DNA from: an uncultured Actinomycetes bacterium
Lineage (GTDB): Bacteria; Actinomycetota; Actinomycetes; Streptosporangiales; Streptosporangiaceae
Length of the DNA: 64,000 nt
Assembly: GCA_963704995.1 (NCBI GenBank)
Contig: CAVPIM010000018.1
Span: 238,484-302,483 of the forward strand
Direction of reading: 5' to 3'
Numbering within the stretch: the stretch's first letter is position 1; each line of letters opens with the position of its first letter. Shown in pieces: positions 27,778-38,976 of the stretch. A program made the position numbers and the translations under genes. The notes below the pieces were generated by a model, which saw only the letters and a program-made list of their open reading frames with translations, did not search any database and was not told the origin of the DNA.

Positions 27778-29087
27778 TGACGGCCACGGCGCACGACGTC
27801 CTGTCCCCGGAAGGGAGCAGGCCGATGGACATCCTGCGGCTGGCCACGGCGGGCTCGGTCAACGACGGCAAGAGCACCCTGATCGGGCGCCTGCTGTTCG
27901 ACTCGAAAGCCATCTTCGAGGACCAGCTCGCGGCGGTCGAGCAGACCAGCAAGGCCCGCGGCGAGGAGTACACGAACCTGGCCCTGCTCACCGACGGCCT
28001 GCGCGCGGAGCGGGAGCAGGGCATCACGATCGACGTGGCCTACCGCTATTTCGCCACGCCGCGCCGGAAGTTCATCATTGCCGACACCCCGGGGCACATC
28101 CAGTACACCCGCAACATGGTGACCGGCGCCTCCACCGCCGACCTGGCCATCGTGCTGGTGGACGCGCGCAACGGGCTGACCGAGCAGAGCCGGCGGCACG
28201 CGTTCCTCACCACCCTGCTCCGGGTGCCCCACCTGGTGCTCGCGGTGAACAAGATGGACCTGGTCGATTACGACCAGCGTGTCTTCGAGCGGATCAGCGA
28301 GGAGTTCGCGGCGTTCGCGGCCAAGCTGGAGATCGGCGACCTGAGCTTCATCCCCATCTCCGCCCTGCACGGGGACAACGTGGTGACCCGGTCGGAGAAG
28401 ATGCCGTGGCACGACGGGCCCTCGCTGCTGCACCACCTGGAGCACGTGCACATCGCCTCGGACCGCAACCTGATCGATGTGCGCTTCCCGGTCCAGTACG
28501 TGATCCGGCCGCACCAGGCCACCGACCCCGCGCTGCACGACTACCGCGGGTACGCCGGCCAGGTCGCGGGCGGGGTGCTCAAGCCCGGTGACGAGGTGAT
28601 GCACCTGCCATCCGGGCTGACCACGAAGATCTCGCGGATCGACACCGCGCGCGGCCCGGTCCCGGAGGCCTACTCGCCGATGTCGGTGACCCTGGTGCTC
28701 GAGGACGATCTGGACATCTCCCGCGGCGACATGATCTGCCGCCCGCACAACCAGCCGATGGTCTCCCAGGACGTGGAGGGCATGGTCTGCTGGATGTCGG
28801 AGAGCAAGCAGCTGGGGGCGCGGGACCGGCTGGTGGTCAAGCACACCTCCCGCACCGTGAAGGCCATCGTCCGTGACCTGCAGTACCGGCTCGACGTGAA
28901 CACCCTGCACCGGGACGAGAACGCGGAGCGGCTCGGGCTGAACGAGGTGGGCCGGGTGAGCCTGCGGCTGACCCAGCCGCTGTTCTTCGACCCGTACACC
29001 CGCAACCGGCAGACCGGGGGGCTTATCCTCATCGACGAGTCCACCAACGCCACAGTCGGGTCGGTCATGATCACTGAAGGGCACTGA
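27777..29087 (+). CDS. cysN: sulfate adenylyltransferase subunit 1 (GTPase), no fused APS-kinase domain
   Basis: G1 GSVNDGKSTL, G3 DTPGH and G4 NKMD. The TAATG overlap with cysD is at 27775-27779. The protein ends after the EF-Tu-like beta-barrel domains (about 436 aa), so no CysC module is attached. Confidence 0.95.
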   Translation: MTATAHDVLSPEGSRPMDILRLATAGSVNDGKSTLIGRLLFDSKAIFEDQLAAVEQTSKARGEEYTNLALLTDGLRAEREQGITIDVAYRYFATPRRKFIIADTPGHIQYTRNMVTGASTADLAIVLVDARNGLTEQSRRHAFLTTLLRVPHLVLAVNKMDLVDYDQRVFERISEEFAAFAAKLEIGDLSFIPISALHGDNVVTRSEKMPWHDGPSLLHHLEHVHIASDRNLIDVRFPVQYVIRPHQATDPALHDYRGYAGQVAGGVLKPGDEVMHLPSGLTTKISRIDTARGPVPEAYSPMSVTLVLEDDLDISRGDMICRPHNQPMVSQDVEGMVCWMSESKQLGARDRLVVKHTSRTVKAIVRDLQYRLDVNTLHRDENAERLGLNEVGRVSLRLTQPLFFDPYTRNRQTGGLILIDESTNATVGSVMITEGH

Positions 29088-29222
29088 GCGGCCCGGTCGC
29101 GCGGCTGTCAGCTGGCCGCTGTCAGCTGGCCGGGCATCAGGGGGCAGAGCACCAGGGGGAGCTCATCCGCGGAGGGCGCCGCAACCGGGCGGACTGTCCC
29201 CCAGCCGAGGCGGGAAGGCGCA

Positions 29223-31400
29223 GTGACCCCATTCCACGACCTGCAGGACTACCAGGCCCTGCCGCGTCTCGGCGGCCTGCGGCTCGCCCCGGACGGCAGC
29301 TGGCTGGCCGTGACCGTGTCGGCCCTGGCTCCCGACGGGCGGACGTTCAAGCCCAGTATCTGGCGGGTCGATACCGCCGCGGGCCGGCCCGCGGTGCGGC
29401 TGACCCGGTCCGTGGAAGGGGAGGACAGCCCGGCCTTCCTGCCCGACGGGTCGCTGGTCTTCCTGTCCGCCCGGGCCGCCCCGCCCGGCACCCGTCCGGC
29501 CGCTCCCCCGGAGGCCGGCGCCCCGGGCGCGCCACCCGGCCGGGATGACCCGGCGGCCGGCCCGCAGGACGGGCCGGCCGGGGACCTGCCCGGCCAGCGG
29601 GCCCTGTGGCTGCTCCCGGCCACCGGCGGTGAGGCCCGCCGGGTGATCGCCCCGCCGGGCGGCATCAGCCAGGTGGCCACCGCGGCCGGCTCGGGGCTGG
29701 CCGCGTTCGCCGCGGCCGTACTGCCCGGCGCCAGCGGGCCCGACGGCGATGCGCGGCAGCGCCGGGCCCGCGCCGACGCCGGCGTGACGGCGATCCTGCA
29801 CGAATCAGCCCTGGTCCGGTACTGGGACCACGATCTCGGCCCGGACCAGCAGCGGCTCGGCGTCCTCGACGTGCTGGCGGCCGAGGACGCCTGGAGCACG
29901 CCCGCCGCCCCCGGCGGGGCCGCGGCCGCGGCGTCGCCACGTGACCTGACCCCGGAGCCGGGCCGGGCCCTGGATGAGCACGTTTTCGAGCTGACCCCCG
30001 ACGGGCGCCTGGCCGTCACCGGATGGTCCGCCGACGATGGCGGCGGCGCGCTGCGCAAGGACGTGGTGGTCATCGACACCGGCAGCGGGGAGCGCCGGAC
30101 CCTGCTGTCCGCCCCGGGATTCGACTTCACCGCGCCGCGGGTCTGCCCGGACGGCAAGCGGGTCGTGGCCATCCGCGAGCGGCACGAGAGCCAGGACCAG
30201 GCCAGCGCGCTCACCGTGGTCATGGTGGCGCTGGACGATCTTGCCCCGCCCGATGGGGCATCCGGTGGCCGCGCCGACCCCCTGGACCTGCTCCCCGGCC
30301 TGGAGCACTGGCCGGCGGAGCTGGCCTGGGCGCCGGACGGCTCGGGCGTGTTCATCACCACCGCGGACCATGGCCGCGGCCCGGTGCTGCGCGCCGACCT
30401 GGACACCGGAGCCGTAACCCGGCTCAGCACCGACCACGGTGCCTACTCCTGCCTGTGCCCCTCGCCGGACGGGCAGTTCCTCTACGCGCTGCGCTCAGCG
30501 ATGGACAGCCCGCCGCTGGTGGTGCGGCTCGACGCGACCCGGCCCGGCGAGCCCGAATTCCTCCCGGGCCCGGCCGCCCAGTCGCCGCAGCCCGGCCGCC
30601 TGGAGGAGATCGAGGCCGGCGCGGCCGACGGCACCCCGCTGCGGGCCTGGCTCGTGCTGCCCGACTCGGCCAGCCCGCAGACGCCCGCCCCGCTGCTGCT
30701 GTGGGTGCACGGCGGCCCGTATTCGAGCTGGAACTCCTGGTCCTGGCGGTGGAACCCGTGGCTGATGGCGGCCAGGGGCTACGCCGTGCTGCTGCCTGAC
30801 CCGGGCCTGTCCACCGGCTACGGGCACGAGTTCATCGCCCGCGGGCACGGGGACTGGGGCGGCCTCCCGTTCACCGACCTGATGGACATCACGGACGCGG
30901 CCCTGGCCCGCGCGGACCTGGATGCCGGCCGGACCGCGGTGATGGGTGGCTCTTTCGGCGGCTACATGGCGAACTGGATCGCCGGGCACACCACCCGGTT
31001 CCGGGCCATCGTCAGCCACGCCAGCCTCTGGGCCCTGGAGCAGATGTTCGGCACTACGGACTGCCCCGCGGAGTGGCGCCGCCAGCTCGGCACGCCCGCC
31101 ACCCAGCCGGGGCGGTACGCGGACAACTCCCCGGACCGGCACGTGTCCGCCATCAGCACGCCGATGCTGGTCATTCACGGGGACAAGGATTACCGGGTCC
31201 CGGTCGGTGAGGCGCTGCGGCTGTGGACCGACCTGGCGGGCAGGCCCGGCCACCTGGCCGGATCCAAGTTCCTCTACTACCCGGACGAGAACCACTGGGT
31301 CCTCGGCCCGGGCAACTCGCGGATCTGGTACGAGACCGTGTTCGCGTTCCTCGCCCAGCACGTGCTGGGCGAGCCCTGGCAGCGCCCCGGCCTGCTCTGA
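29223..31400 (+). CDS. S9-family serine peptidase (prolyl oligopeptidase / acylaminoacyl-peptidase type)
   Basis: N-terminal beta-propeller-like region. The C-terminal alpha/beta hydrolase has nucleophile elbow GGSFGGYM, Asp in HGDKDYRVP and His in DENHW. Confidence 0.85.
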   Translation: MTPFHDLQDYQALPRLGGLRLAPDGSWLAVTVSALAPDGRTFKPSIWRVDTAAGRPAVRLTRSVEGEDSPAFLPDGSLVFLSARAAPPGTRPAAPPEAGAPGAPPGRDDPAAGPQDGPAGDLPGQRALWLLPATGGEARRVIAPPGGISQVATAAGSGLAAFAAAVLPGASGPDGDARQRRARADAGVTAILHESALVRYWDHDLGPDQQRLGVLDVLAAEDAWSTPAAPGGAAAAASPRDLTPEPGRALDEHVFELTPDGRLAVTGWSADDGGGALRKDVVVIDTGSGERRTLLSAPGFDFTAPRVCPDGKRVVAIRERHESQDQASALTVVMVALDDLAPPDGASGGRADPLDLLPGLEHWPAELAWAPDGSGVFITTADHGRGPVLRADLDTGAVTRLSTDHGAYSCLCPSPDGQFLYALRSAMDSPPLVVRLDATRPGEPEFLPGPAAQSPQPGRLEEIEAGAADGTPLRAWLVLPDSASPQTPAPLLLWVHGGPYSSWNSWSWRWNPWLMAARGYAVLLPDPGLSTGYGHEFIARGHGDWGGLPFTDLMDITDAALARADLDAGRTAVMGGSFGGYMANWIAGHTTRFRAIVSHASLWALEQMFGTTDCPAEWRRQLGTPATQPGRYADNSPDRHVSAISTPMLVIHGDKDYRVPVGEALRLWTDLAGRPGHLAGSKFLYYPDENHWVLGPGNSRIWYETVFAFLAQHVLGEPWQRPGLL

Positions 31401-31457
31401 GCGACGCGCTGTGAGCCCGCCCCCGGGAAGTCCGGGCCGCTGTGCCAGGCTGGGCCC

Positions 31458-32192
31458 ATGACGCGCGCGAACCTGGACAAGCGGCCCGGTGAGGTCTCGG
31501 CGATGTTCGACAAGGTCGCCGACCGCTACGACCTGATGAACGATGTGCTCTCGCTGGGCCAGGATCGCTGGTGGCGCCGCATCGTGGCCCGGGCGGTCGG
31601 GGCCCGGCCTGGTGAGCTCGTCCTCGATCTCGCGGCCGGCACCGGCACCTCGTCCCGGACCTTCACCGCTGGCGGGGCCGCCTGCGTGGCCTGCGACTTT
31701 TCCCTCGGCATGCTCCAGGTCGGGGCGCGCAGGACGCCACCGGCCCCCGGGGGGCCGGCCGCCACCGGGCGGGCCGGGCAGGTGCGCTTCGTGGCGGGCG
31801 ACGCCCTCGACCTGCCCTTCCGCGACCAGGCCTTCGACGCGGTGACGATCTCGTTCGGGCTGCGCAACGTGGCCGACCCCGGCGCCGCGCTCGCCGAGAT
31901 GCTCCGGGTCACCCGGCCCGGTGGCCGGCTGGTCATCTGCGAGTTCGGCCATCTGCCCTGGCCGCGGCTGAACACTGTCTACGAGTCGTACCTGGCCACC
32001 GCGCTGCCCGCGGTCGCGCGCCGGCTGTCGGGCAGCCCGGAGGCCTACGACTACCTGTCCGAGTCCATCAGGGACTGGCCGCCCCAGGCCGAGCTGGCGC
32101 GCAAGATGGCCGCGGCCGGGTGGTCGGCAGTACGCTGGCGGAATCTGACCCTGGGCGTGGTGGCCGTGCACCTCGCGCGCCGTCCGGGCTGA
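31458..32192 (+). CDS. menG: demethylmenaquinone methyltransferase (UbiE/MenG family)
   Basis: [29 protein letters not shown] followed by SAM motif [10 protein letters not shown] and the FGLRNV block. Confidence 0.9.
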   Translation: MTRANLDKRPGEVSAMFDKVADRYDLMNDVLSLGQDRWWRRIVARAVGARPGELVLDLAAGTGTSSRTFTAGGAACVACDFSLGMLQVGARRTPPAPGGPAATGRAGQVRFVAGDALDLPFRDQAFDAVTISFGLRNVADPGAALAEMLRVTRPGGRLVICEFGHLPWPRLNTVYESYLATALPAVARRLSGSPEAYDYLSESIRDWPPQAELARKMAAAGWSAVRWRNLTLGVVAVHLARRPG

Positions 32193-32249
32193 CGGCCGCC
32201 GGCCAGGCCAGCCGGACCCGGCCCACCGGGCAGCGCCAGCCGGCCGGCC

Positions 32250-32283
32250 CCCCATCCGGCCGGGCAGGCCCGGCCGGATGGGG
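32250..32283. terminator. 15-bp perfect stem-loop downstream of menG
   Basis: The sequence is ccccatccggccggg-cagg-cccggccggatgggg, 58 nt after the menG stop. No U-tract. Confidence 0.45.
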
Positions 32284-32389
32284 CCGCCCCAGCCACTGCG
32301 GGGCGGGTTCGCCGGCCCGGCAAGACAAGGTCTAGACTCCGGAAAGAGCACTTGTGAAGCGGTTCACAAGATAGTCAGGACAACCTTCC

Positions 32390-33736
32390 GTGACCCACGA
32401 AGTCCCCCCCAGTCGCCCGCCCGCTGACGCGGCCCCGCCGCACGGTGGCGCCCCGCGCACGCCTGGAACCCGCCCGGCCGCCGAGGAGGCCGACGTCATC
32501 GTCGTCGGTTCCGGGCCGGCCGGCTCCGCCACCGCCTCCTACCTGGCCCGGGCCGGGGTGGATGTGCTGGTGCTGGAGAAGGCTCACTTCCCGCGGGAAA
32601 AGGTCTGCGGCGATGGCCTCACCCCCCGCGCGGTCAAGGCCCTGGTCGGCATGGGGGTGCCGGTCGGTGAGCAGGACGGCTGGGTCCGGAACAAGGGCCT
32701 GCGGATCATCGGCGGCGGGGTCCGGCTCGAGCTGCCCTGGCCCGAGCTGTCCAGCTATCCGGGCTACGGGCTGGTCCGGACCCGGCTCGACTTCGACGAG
32801 ATCCTCGCCCGCACGGCGCAGAAGGCGGGTGCGCGGCTCCTCGAGGGCATGACCGTGACCGGGCCCGTGCTGGACGCTAACGGCCGCATAGCCGGGGTCA
32901 CCGCCCGGTCCACCGCTGACGCCGGCGAGCCGGAACGCAGCTACCGCGCCCGGGTTGTCGTTGCGGCGGATGGTAATTCTTCCCGGCTGTCGCTGGCGAT
33001 GGGACTGCGCAAGCGCGACGACCGGCCCCTCGGCGTGGCCGTCCGCACCTACTACACGAGCCCGCGGCACGACGACGACTACCTCGAGTCGTGGCTGGAC
33101 CTGTGGGACGGGCCGCGGCAGCTGCCGGGCTACGGCTGGATCTTCGGCATGGGCGACGGGACCAGCAACGTGGGGCTCGGCATGCTCAACACGTCCGAGT
33201 CGTTCGGCCACGTCAACTACCGGGACCTGCTGCGCCGGTGGCTGGCCGGGATGCCGGCCGAATGGGGCTACGTCGAGGAGAACCGCACCCAGCCCATCCG
33301 GGGGGCCGCGCTGCCGATGGGCTTCAACCGGACCCCGCACTACACCCGGGGGCTGCTCCTCGCCGGGGACGCGGGCGGCATGGTGAACCCCTTCAACGGC
33401 GAGGGCATCCCCTACGCCCTGGAGTCAGGGGAACTCGCCGCCCAGTTCATCGCCCAGGCGCTGGCCCGGCCCGACGCCGCCGGGGCGGAGCGGGTGCTGA
33501 TGGCCTACCCGCAGGCACTCAAGGCCGCCTACGGCGGCTACTACACTCTCGGGCGCAGGTTCGTTCAGGCGATCGGCAACCCGAGGGTCATGCAGTTCGC
33601 GACCAAGTACGGGATGCCGCGCCCGGCGCTGATGAGGATCACCCTGAAGCTGCTGGCCAACCTCACCGAGCCGCGTGGGGGCCATGCGACGGACCGGGTG
33701 ATTCACGCACTGTCTAAGATGACGCCGGCGGCGTAG
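32390..33736 (+). CDS. geranylgeranyl reductase family FAD-dependent oxidoreductase (MenJ-like)
   Basis: FAD-binding DVIVVGSGPAGSATASYLARAGVDVLVLEK, then FPREKVCGDGLTPRA and LAGDAGGMVNPFNGEGI. It sits between menG and nuoA, as in many actinomycetes. Confidence 0.85.
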   Translation: MTHEVPPSRPPADAAPPHGGAPRTPGTRPAAEEADVIVVGSGPAGSATASYLARAGVDVLVLEKAHFPREKVCGDGLTPRAVKALVGMGVPVGEQDGWVRNKGLRIIGGGVRLELPWPELSSYPGYGLVRTRLDFDEILARTAQKAGARLLEGMTVTGPVLDANGRIAGVTARSTADAGEPERSYRARVVVAADGNSSRLSLAMGLRKRDDRPLGVAVRTYYTSPRHDDDYLESWLDLWDGPRQLPGYGWIFGMGDGTSNVGLGMLNTSESFGHVNYRDLLRRWLAGMPAEWGYVEENRTQPIRGAALPMGFNRTPHYTRGLLLAGDAGGMVNPFNGEGIPYALESGELAAQFIAQALARPDAAGAERVLMAYPQALKAAYGGYYTLGRRFVQAIGNPRVMQFATKYGMPRPALMRITLKLLANLTEPRGGHATDRVIHALSKMTPAA

Positions 33737-33784
33737 GCATTCAGCCTCGTAGCCGAAATAGGAGAAGGGGAAAGGAGGCGCCTC

Positions 33785-34144
33785 ATGCTGAGCCTGTACA
33801 TCCCGATCCTGGTGCTCGCCGGGCTGGCCGCCGTCTTCGCGATCTTCTCGCTCGGAATGGGGGCGTTCACCGGCCCGAAGCGCTGGAACCGCGCGAAACT
33901 CGAGGCCTACGAGTGCGGGATCGAGCCGACCCAGCAGCCGAGCGGCAGCCGGTTCCCGGTGAAGTATTACCTGACGGCGATGCTGTTCATCCTCTTCGAC
34001 ATCGAGATCGTGTTTCTCTACCCGTGGGCCGTGGCGTACGACAACCTCGGCGCCTTCGGGCTCGTCGAGATGGTGCTCTTCATCGTCACCGTTCTGGTCG
34101 CGTACGCCTATGTGTGGCGGCGCGGCGGTCTGGAGTGGGACTAG
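33785..34144 (+). CDS. nuoA: NADH-quinone oxidoreductase subunit A
   Basis: 119 aa with 3 TM segments. Motifs LEAYECGIEP and FDIEIVFLYPWA. RBS aaggagg upstream. Confidence 0.95.
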   Translation: MLSLYIPILVLAGLAAVFAIFSLGMGAFTGPKRWNRAKLEAYECGIEPTQQPSGSRFPVKYYLTAMLFILFDIEIVFLYPWAVAYDNLGAFGLVEMVLFIVTVLVAYAYVWRRGGLEWD

Positions 34145-34147
34145 CCG

Positions 34148-34777
34148 ATGGGTGTCGAGGAAAAGCTGCCGAGCGGGATTCTGCTCACCACAGTCGAGAA
34201 GGTGGCTGGTTACGCGCGGAAGAGTTCGGTCTGGCCGGCCACTTTCGGCCTGGCCTGCTGCGCGATCGAGCTGATGCAGACCGGCGGGGCGCGGCATGAC
34301 CTGGCCCGGTTCGGCATGGAGCGGGCCTCCAACACGCCGCGCCAGGCCGACCTGATGATCGTGGCCGGCCGGGTCAGCCAGAAGATGGCGCCCGTGCTGC
34401 GGCAGATCTACGACCAGATGGCCGACCCCAAGTGGGTCATCTCGATGGGCGTGTGCGCCTCCAGCGGCGGCATGTTCAACAACTACGCGATCGTGCAGGG
34501 CGTGGACCACGTCGTGCCGGTGGACATCTACCTGCCCGGCTGCCCGCCGCGCCCGGAGATGCTGCTGGATGCCATCGTGAAGCTGCACGACAAGATCCAG
34601 AACATGAAGCTGGGCGTGAACCGGGAGCGCGAGGTGACCGAGCTGGAGCAGGCCCGGCTGCGCCGCCTGCCGCTGGCCGCGGACCTGGCCGGCCCCCGCA
34701 CCGCGGCCGTCGGCCCCACCCTGCTGGGTACCCCATCCGCGGGGACCCCGGGCCAGGCGGGAGCGGCCGGTGAGTAA
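34148..34777 (+). CDS. nuoB: NADH-quinone oxidoreductase subunit B
   Basis: N2-cluster cysteines in [17 protein letters not shown] and LPGCPPRPE. It has a Pro/Ala-rich C-terminal extension. Confidence 0.95.
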   Translation: MGVEEKLPSGILLTTVEKVAGYARKSSVWPATFGLACCAIELMQTGGARHDLARFGMERASNTPRQADLMIVAGRVSQKMAPVLRQIYDQMADPKWVISMGVCASSGGMFNNYAIVQGVDHVVPVDIYLPGCPPRPEMLLDAIVKLHDKIQNMKLGVNREREVTELEQARLRRLPLAADLAGPRTAAVGPTLLGTPSAGTPGQAGAAGE

Positions 34778-35498
34778 GAACACCCCGCCTAACGGCGATA
34801 CCGGGCCGGACGAGGCGGCGCTGGCGGGCCAGCAGCGGCTGAATGAGCGGGTGGTCCGGACCGGAATGTTCGGCACCCAGACGACCGGCGACACATCGGG
34901 CTACGGCGGCCTGCAGGTCCGGCGGGCACCGCAGCCGTCCACACTGCGACCGTACGGCTCGTACTTTGACGAGATCGCCGACGCGCTGAGCGCCCGGCTG
35001 GAGGCCGACGGCTCCGGCTTCGGCGAGGCTGTCGAGCGGGTCGTCGTCGACCGCGGCGAACTCACCCTGCATGTCCGCCGGGAGCACCTGCTCGCGGTGG
35101 CCCAGGTGCTGCGCGACGAGCCGGCGCTCGCCTTCGAGCTGTGCGGCGGCGTGTCCGGCGTGCACTATCTGGCCGACGTGGGCCGGGAACTGCATGCCGT
35201 GTACCACCTGGTCTCCATCACCCACAACCGCCGTCTGCGGCTGGAGGTGAGCGCGCCCGATGCTGACCCGCACGTGCCCTCCGTGGTGAGCGTCTACCCG
35301 ACCTGTGACTGGCACGAGCGCGAGACCTGGGACTTCTTCGGCATCATCTTCGACGGCCATCCCTCGCTGACCAGGATCGAGATGCCGGACGACTGGAAGG
35401 GCCACCCCCAGCGGAAGGACTACCCGCTGGGCGGGATCCCGGTCGAGTACCGCGGCGCCACCGTGCCGCCACCAGACGAGCGGAGGTCGTACACGTGA
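34770..35498 (+). CDS. nuoC: NADH-quinone oxidoreductase subunit C
   Basis: Motifs [18 protein letters not shown] and DYPLGG. Its 8-nt overlap with nuoB and GTGA overlap with nuoD fit operon coupling. Confidence 0.9.
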   Translation: MSKNTPPNGDTGPDEAALAGQQRLNERVVRTGMFGTQTTGDTSGYGGLQVRRAPQPSTLRPYGSYFDEIADALSARLEADGSGFGEAVERVVVDRGELTLHVRREHLLAVAQVLRDEPALAFELCGGVSGVHYLADVGRELHAVYHLVSITHNRRLRLEVSAPDADPHVPSVVSVYPTCDWHERETWDFFGIIFDGHPSLTRIEMPDDWKGHPQRKDYPLGGIPVEYRGATVPPPDERRSYT

Positions 35499-36869
35499 CC
35501 ACCCAGGCCGGCGGGGCGGGAGCGCCCGCCGCCGACAGCACCTCCGAGGGCACCGAGGGCCGCGTCTACAACGTCGCCGGCGGGGACTGGGAGGAGGTCG
35601 TCCAGGCCCTGCAGGAGAGGACCGACCAGGACGACACCGGGCGCCTCGTCGTCAACATGGGCCCGCAGCACCCGTCTACGCACGGCGTGCTGCGCCTCGT
35701 GCTGACGCTGGACGGGGAGACCGTCACCGAGCTCCGGCCGGTCATCGGGTACCTGCACACCGGTATCGAGAAGAGCATGGAGTTCCGCACCTGGACGCAG
35801 GGCGTCACGTTCTGCACCCGCGCGGACTATCTCTCACCTTTCTTCAACGAGACGGTGTACTGCCTCGCGGTCGAAAAGCTGCTCGGGGTGGAAGCGGAGG
35901 TGCCTGAGCGGGCCAGCATCCTCCGGGTCCTGATGATGGAGCTGAACCGGATCGCCTCGCACATGACGGCGATCGGCACATTCGGCCTGGAGCTCGGGGC
36001 CACCACCGTGTTCCTCTACGCGGTGCGCGAGCGCGAGCGGATCCTGGACCTGTTCGAGCTGATCACCGGGCTGCGGATGAACCACGCCTACGTCCGGCCC
36101 GGCGGGGTGTCACAGGACCTGCCGCGCGGCGCTCTCGACGCGATCCGCGAATTCCTCGGGCGGATGCCGCACCAGCTTGCTGAGCTGCGCTCGCTGATGG
36201 ACGCGAACCCGCTCTACCTGGCCCGGACCAAGAACGTCGCGTACCTGGACCTGGCCGGGCTGCATGGCGCTCGGCGTGACCGGCCCGCTGCTGCGCGGCA
36301 CCGGGCTGCCCTGGGATCTGCGGAAGAGCCAGCCGTATTGCGGTTATGAGAGCTACGAGTTCGACGTGCCGACGCAGGGCACCTGTGATGCCTACGGCCG
36401 GTATCTGGTCCGGGTCGACGAGTGCGATGAGTCGCTGAAAATCATCGAGCAGGCCGCCGACCGGCTGGCCGGACCGCGGCCGGATCACGACCCGGTCATG
36501 ATCGGTGACCCCAAGATCGGCTGGCCGGCCAAGCTGGCGCTGGGCGGGGACGGTCTCGGTAACTCACCGGATCACATCGCGCACATCATGGGCCAGTCGA
36601 TGGAAGCGCTGATCCATCACTTCAAGCTGGTCACCGAGGGCTTCCGGGTCCCTGTGGGGCAGGTCTACACGGCGGTGGAGTCGCCGCGCGGCGAGCTGGG
36701 CTGTCATGCGGTCAGCGACGGCGGCACCCGGCCGTACCGGGTCCACTTCCGCGACCCGTCGTTCACCAACTTGCAGGCCGTCGCGGCCATGGCCGAGGGC
36801 GGCATGGTCGCCGACGTGATCCCGGCCGTGGCAAGTATTGATCCAGTTATGGGAGGCGTGGACCGGTAA
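35495..36869 (+). pseudogene. nuoD: NADH-quinone oxidoreductase subunit D, frameshifted (extra G in GGG at 36257-36259)
   Basis: The N-part (track ORF 35495-36349) carries [13 protein letters not shown]. The C-part (36264-36869) carries [18 protein letters not shown]...[12 protein letters not shown]...[10 protein letters not shown]. The sequence ..LDLAG|CMALGVTG.. is restored by deleting one G. Length is 1375, which is 1 mod 3. Confidence 0.9.
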
Positions 36870-37578
36870 TGGCGCTGTCGCAGGAGGCGCGCGCCCGGCT
36901 GGAGCCGGACGCCGCACAGATCATCGGCCGCTACCCGGTGCCGCGCTCGGCGCTGCTGCCGCTGCTGCACCTGATGCAGGCCGAGCAGGGCTACCTCACC
37001 GAGGACGGCATCGAGTTCTGCGCTGAGCAGCTGGAGCTGACCAAGGCGGAGGTCACCGCGGTGGCCTCCTTCTACACCATGTACAAGCACCATCCGGTGG
37101 GTGAGTACCACGTCGGCGTCTGCACCAACTCCCTGTGCGCGGTGATGGGCGGCGATGCCATCCTCGCTGACCTGCACGAGCACCTCGGAGTTGGCGACGA
37201 CGAGATGACCCCCGACGGCAAGGTCAGCCTGGAGCACCTGGAATGCAACGCCGCCTGCGACTACGCGCCGGTGGTCATGGTCAACTGGGAGTTCTTCGAC
37301 AACATGACCCCGCAGTCGGCCCGGGACCTGGTGGATGGCCTGCGGTCCGGGGCCGAGCGCATCGCGCCCACCCGCGGCGCGCCGCGGCTGTGCACGTGGA
37401 AGCAGGCGTCCCGGATCCTGGCCGGGTTCCCCGACGGCCAGGCCGCCGGGGGGAACACCGCGGGCGAACCCTCCCTGGCGGGGCTGCGGACCGCCCGGGA
37501 GCAGGGCTGGACGCCGGATCAGGGGGGCTCCGGAGAGCCGGCCCCCCGGGCCGATACAGGGACCGGGAAGGCGGCCAA

Positions 37579-37582
<4 letters not shown>
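36869..37582 (+). CDS. nuoE: NADH-quinone oxidoreductase subunit E
   Basis: Thioredoxin-like 2Fe-2S subunit with VCTNSLC and LECNAACDYAPVVMVN. TAATG overlap with nuoD. Confidence 0.9.
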
Positions 37583-38883
<1,301 letters not shown>

Positions 38884-38976
38884 TGCCCGTGCCGCCGAAC
38901 CAGCCAGTGCCGCCGAACCAGCCCGTGCCGAACCAGCCCGTGCCGGCGGCCCTCGCCGGCCCCCGCCTCGGGCGCC

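Noticed and set aside
27774-29084. 436-aa minus-strand ORF exactly mirroring cysN (the ORFs antisense to nuoA/B, nuoF, nuoG, the liv genes and others are similar)
   Set aside because: The plus strand encodes a textbook CysN GTPase. The mirrored ORF is a codon-bias artefact (GC3-rich genes lack stops on the antisense strand).
29100-29135. Short tandem duplication gctgtcagctggcc x2 after cysN
   Set aside because: It has only two copies of about 15 nt, no dyad symmetry and no obvious association with a start site. It is too little to interpret.
30495-32351. 618-aa minus-strand ORF spanning the peptidase 3' half and menG
   Set aside because: It overlaps two well-supported plus-strand genes and has Arg/Pro/Gly-dominated composition with no domain signature.
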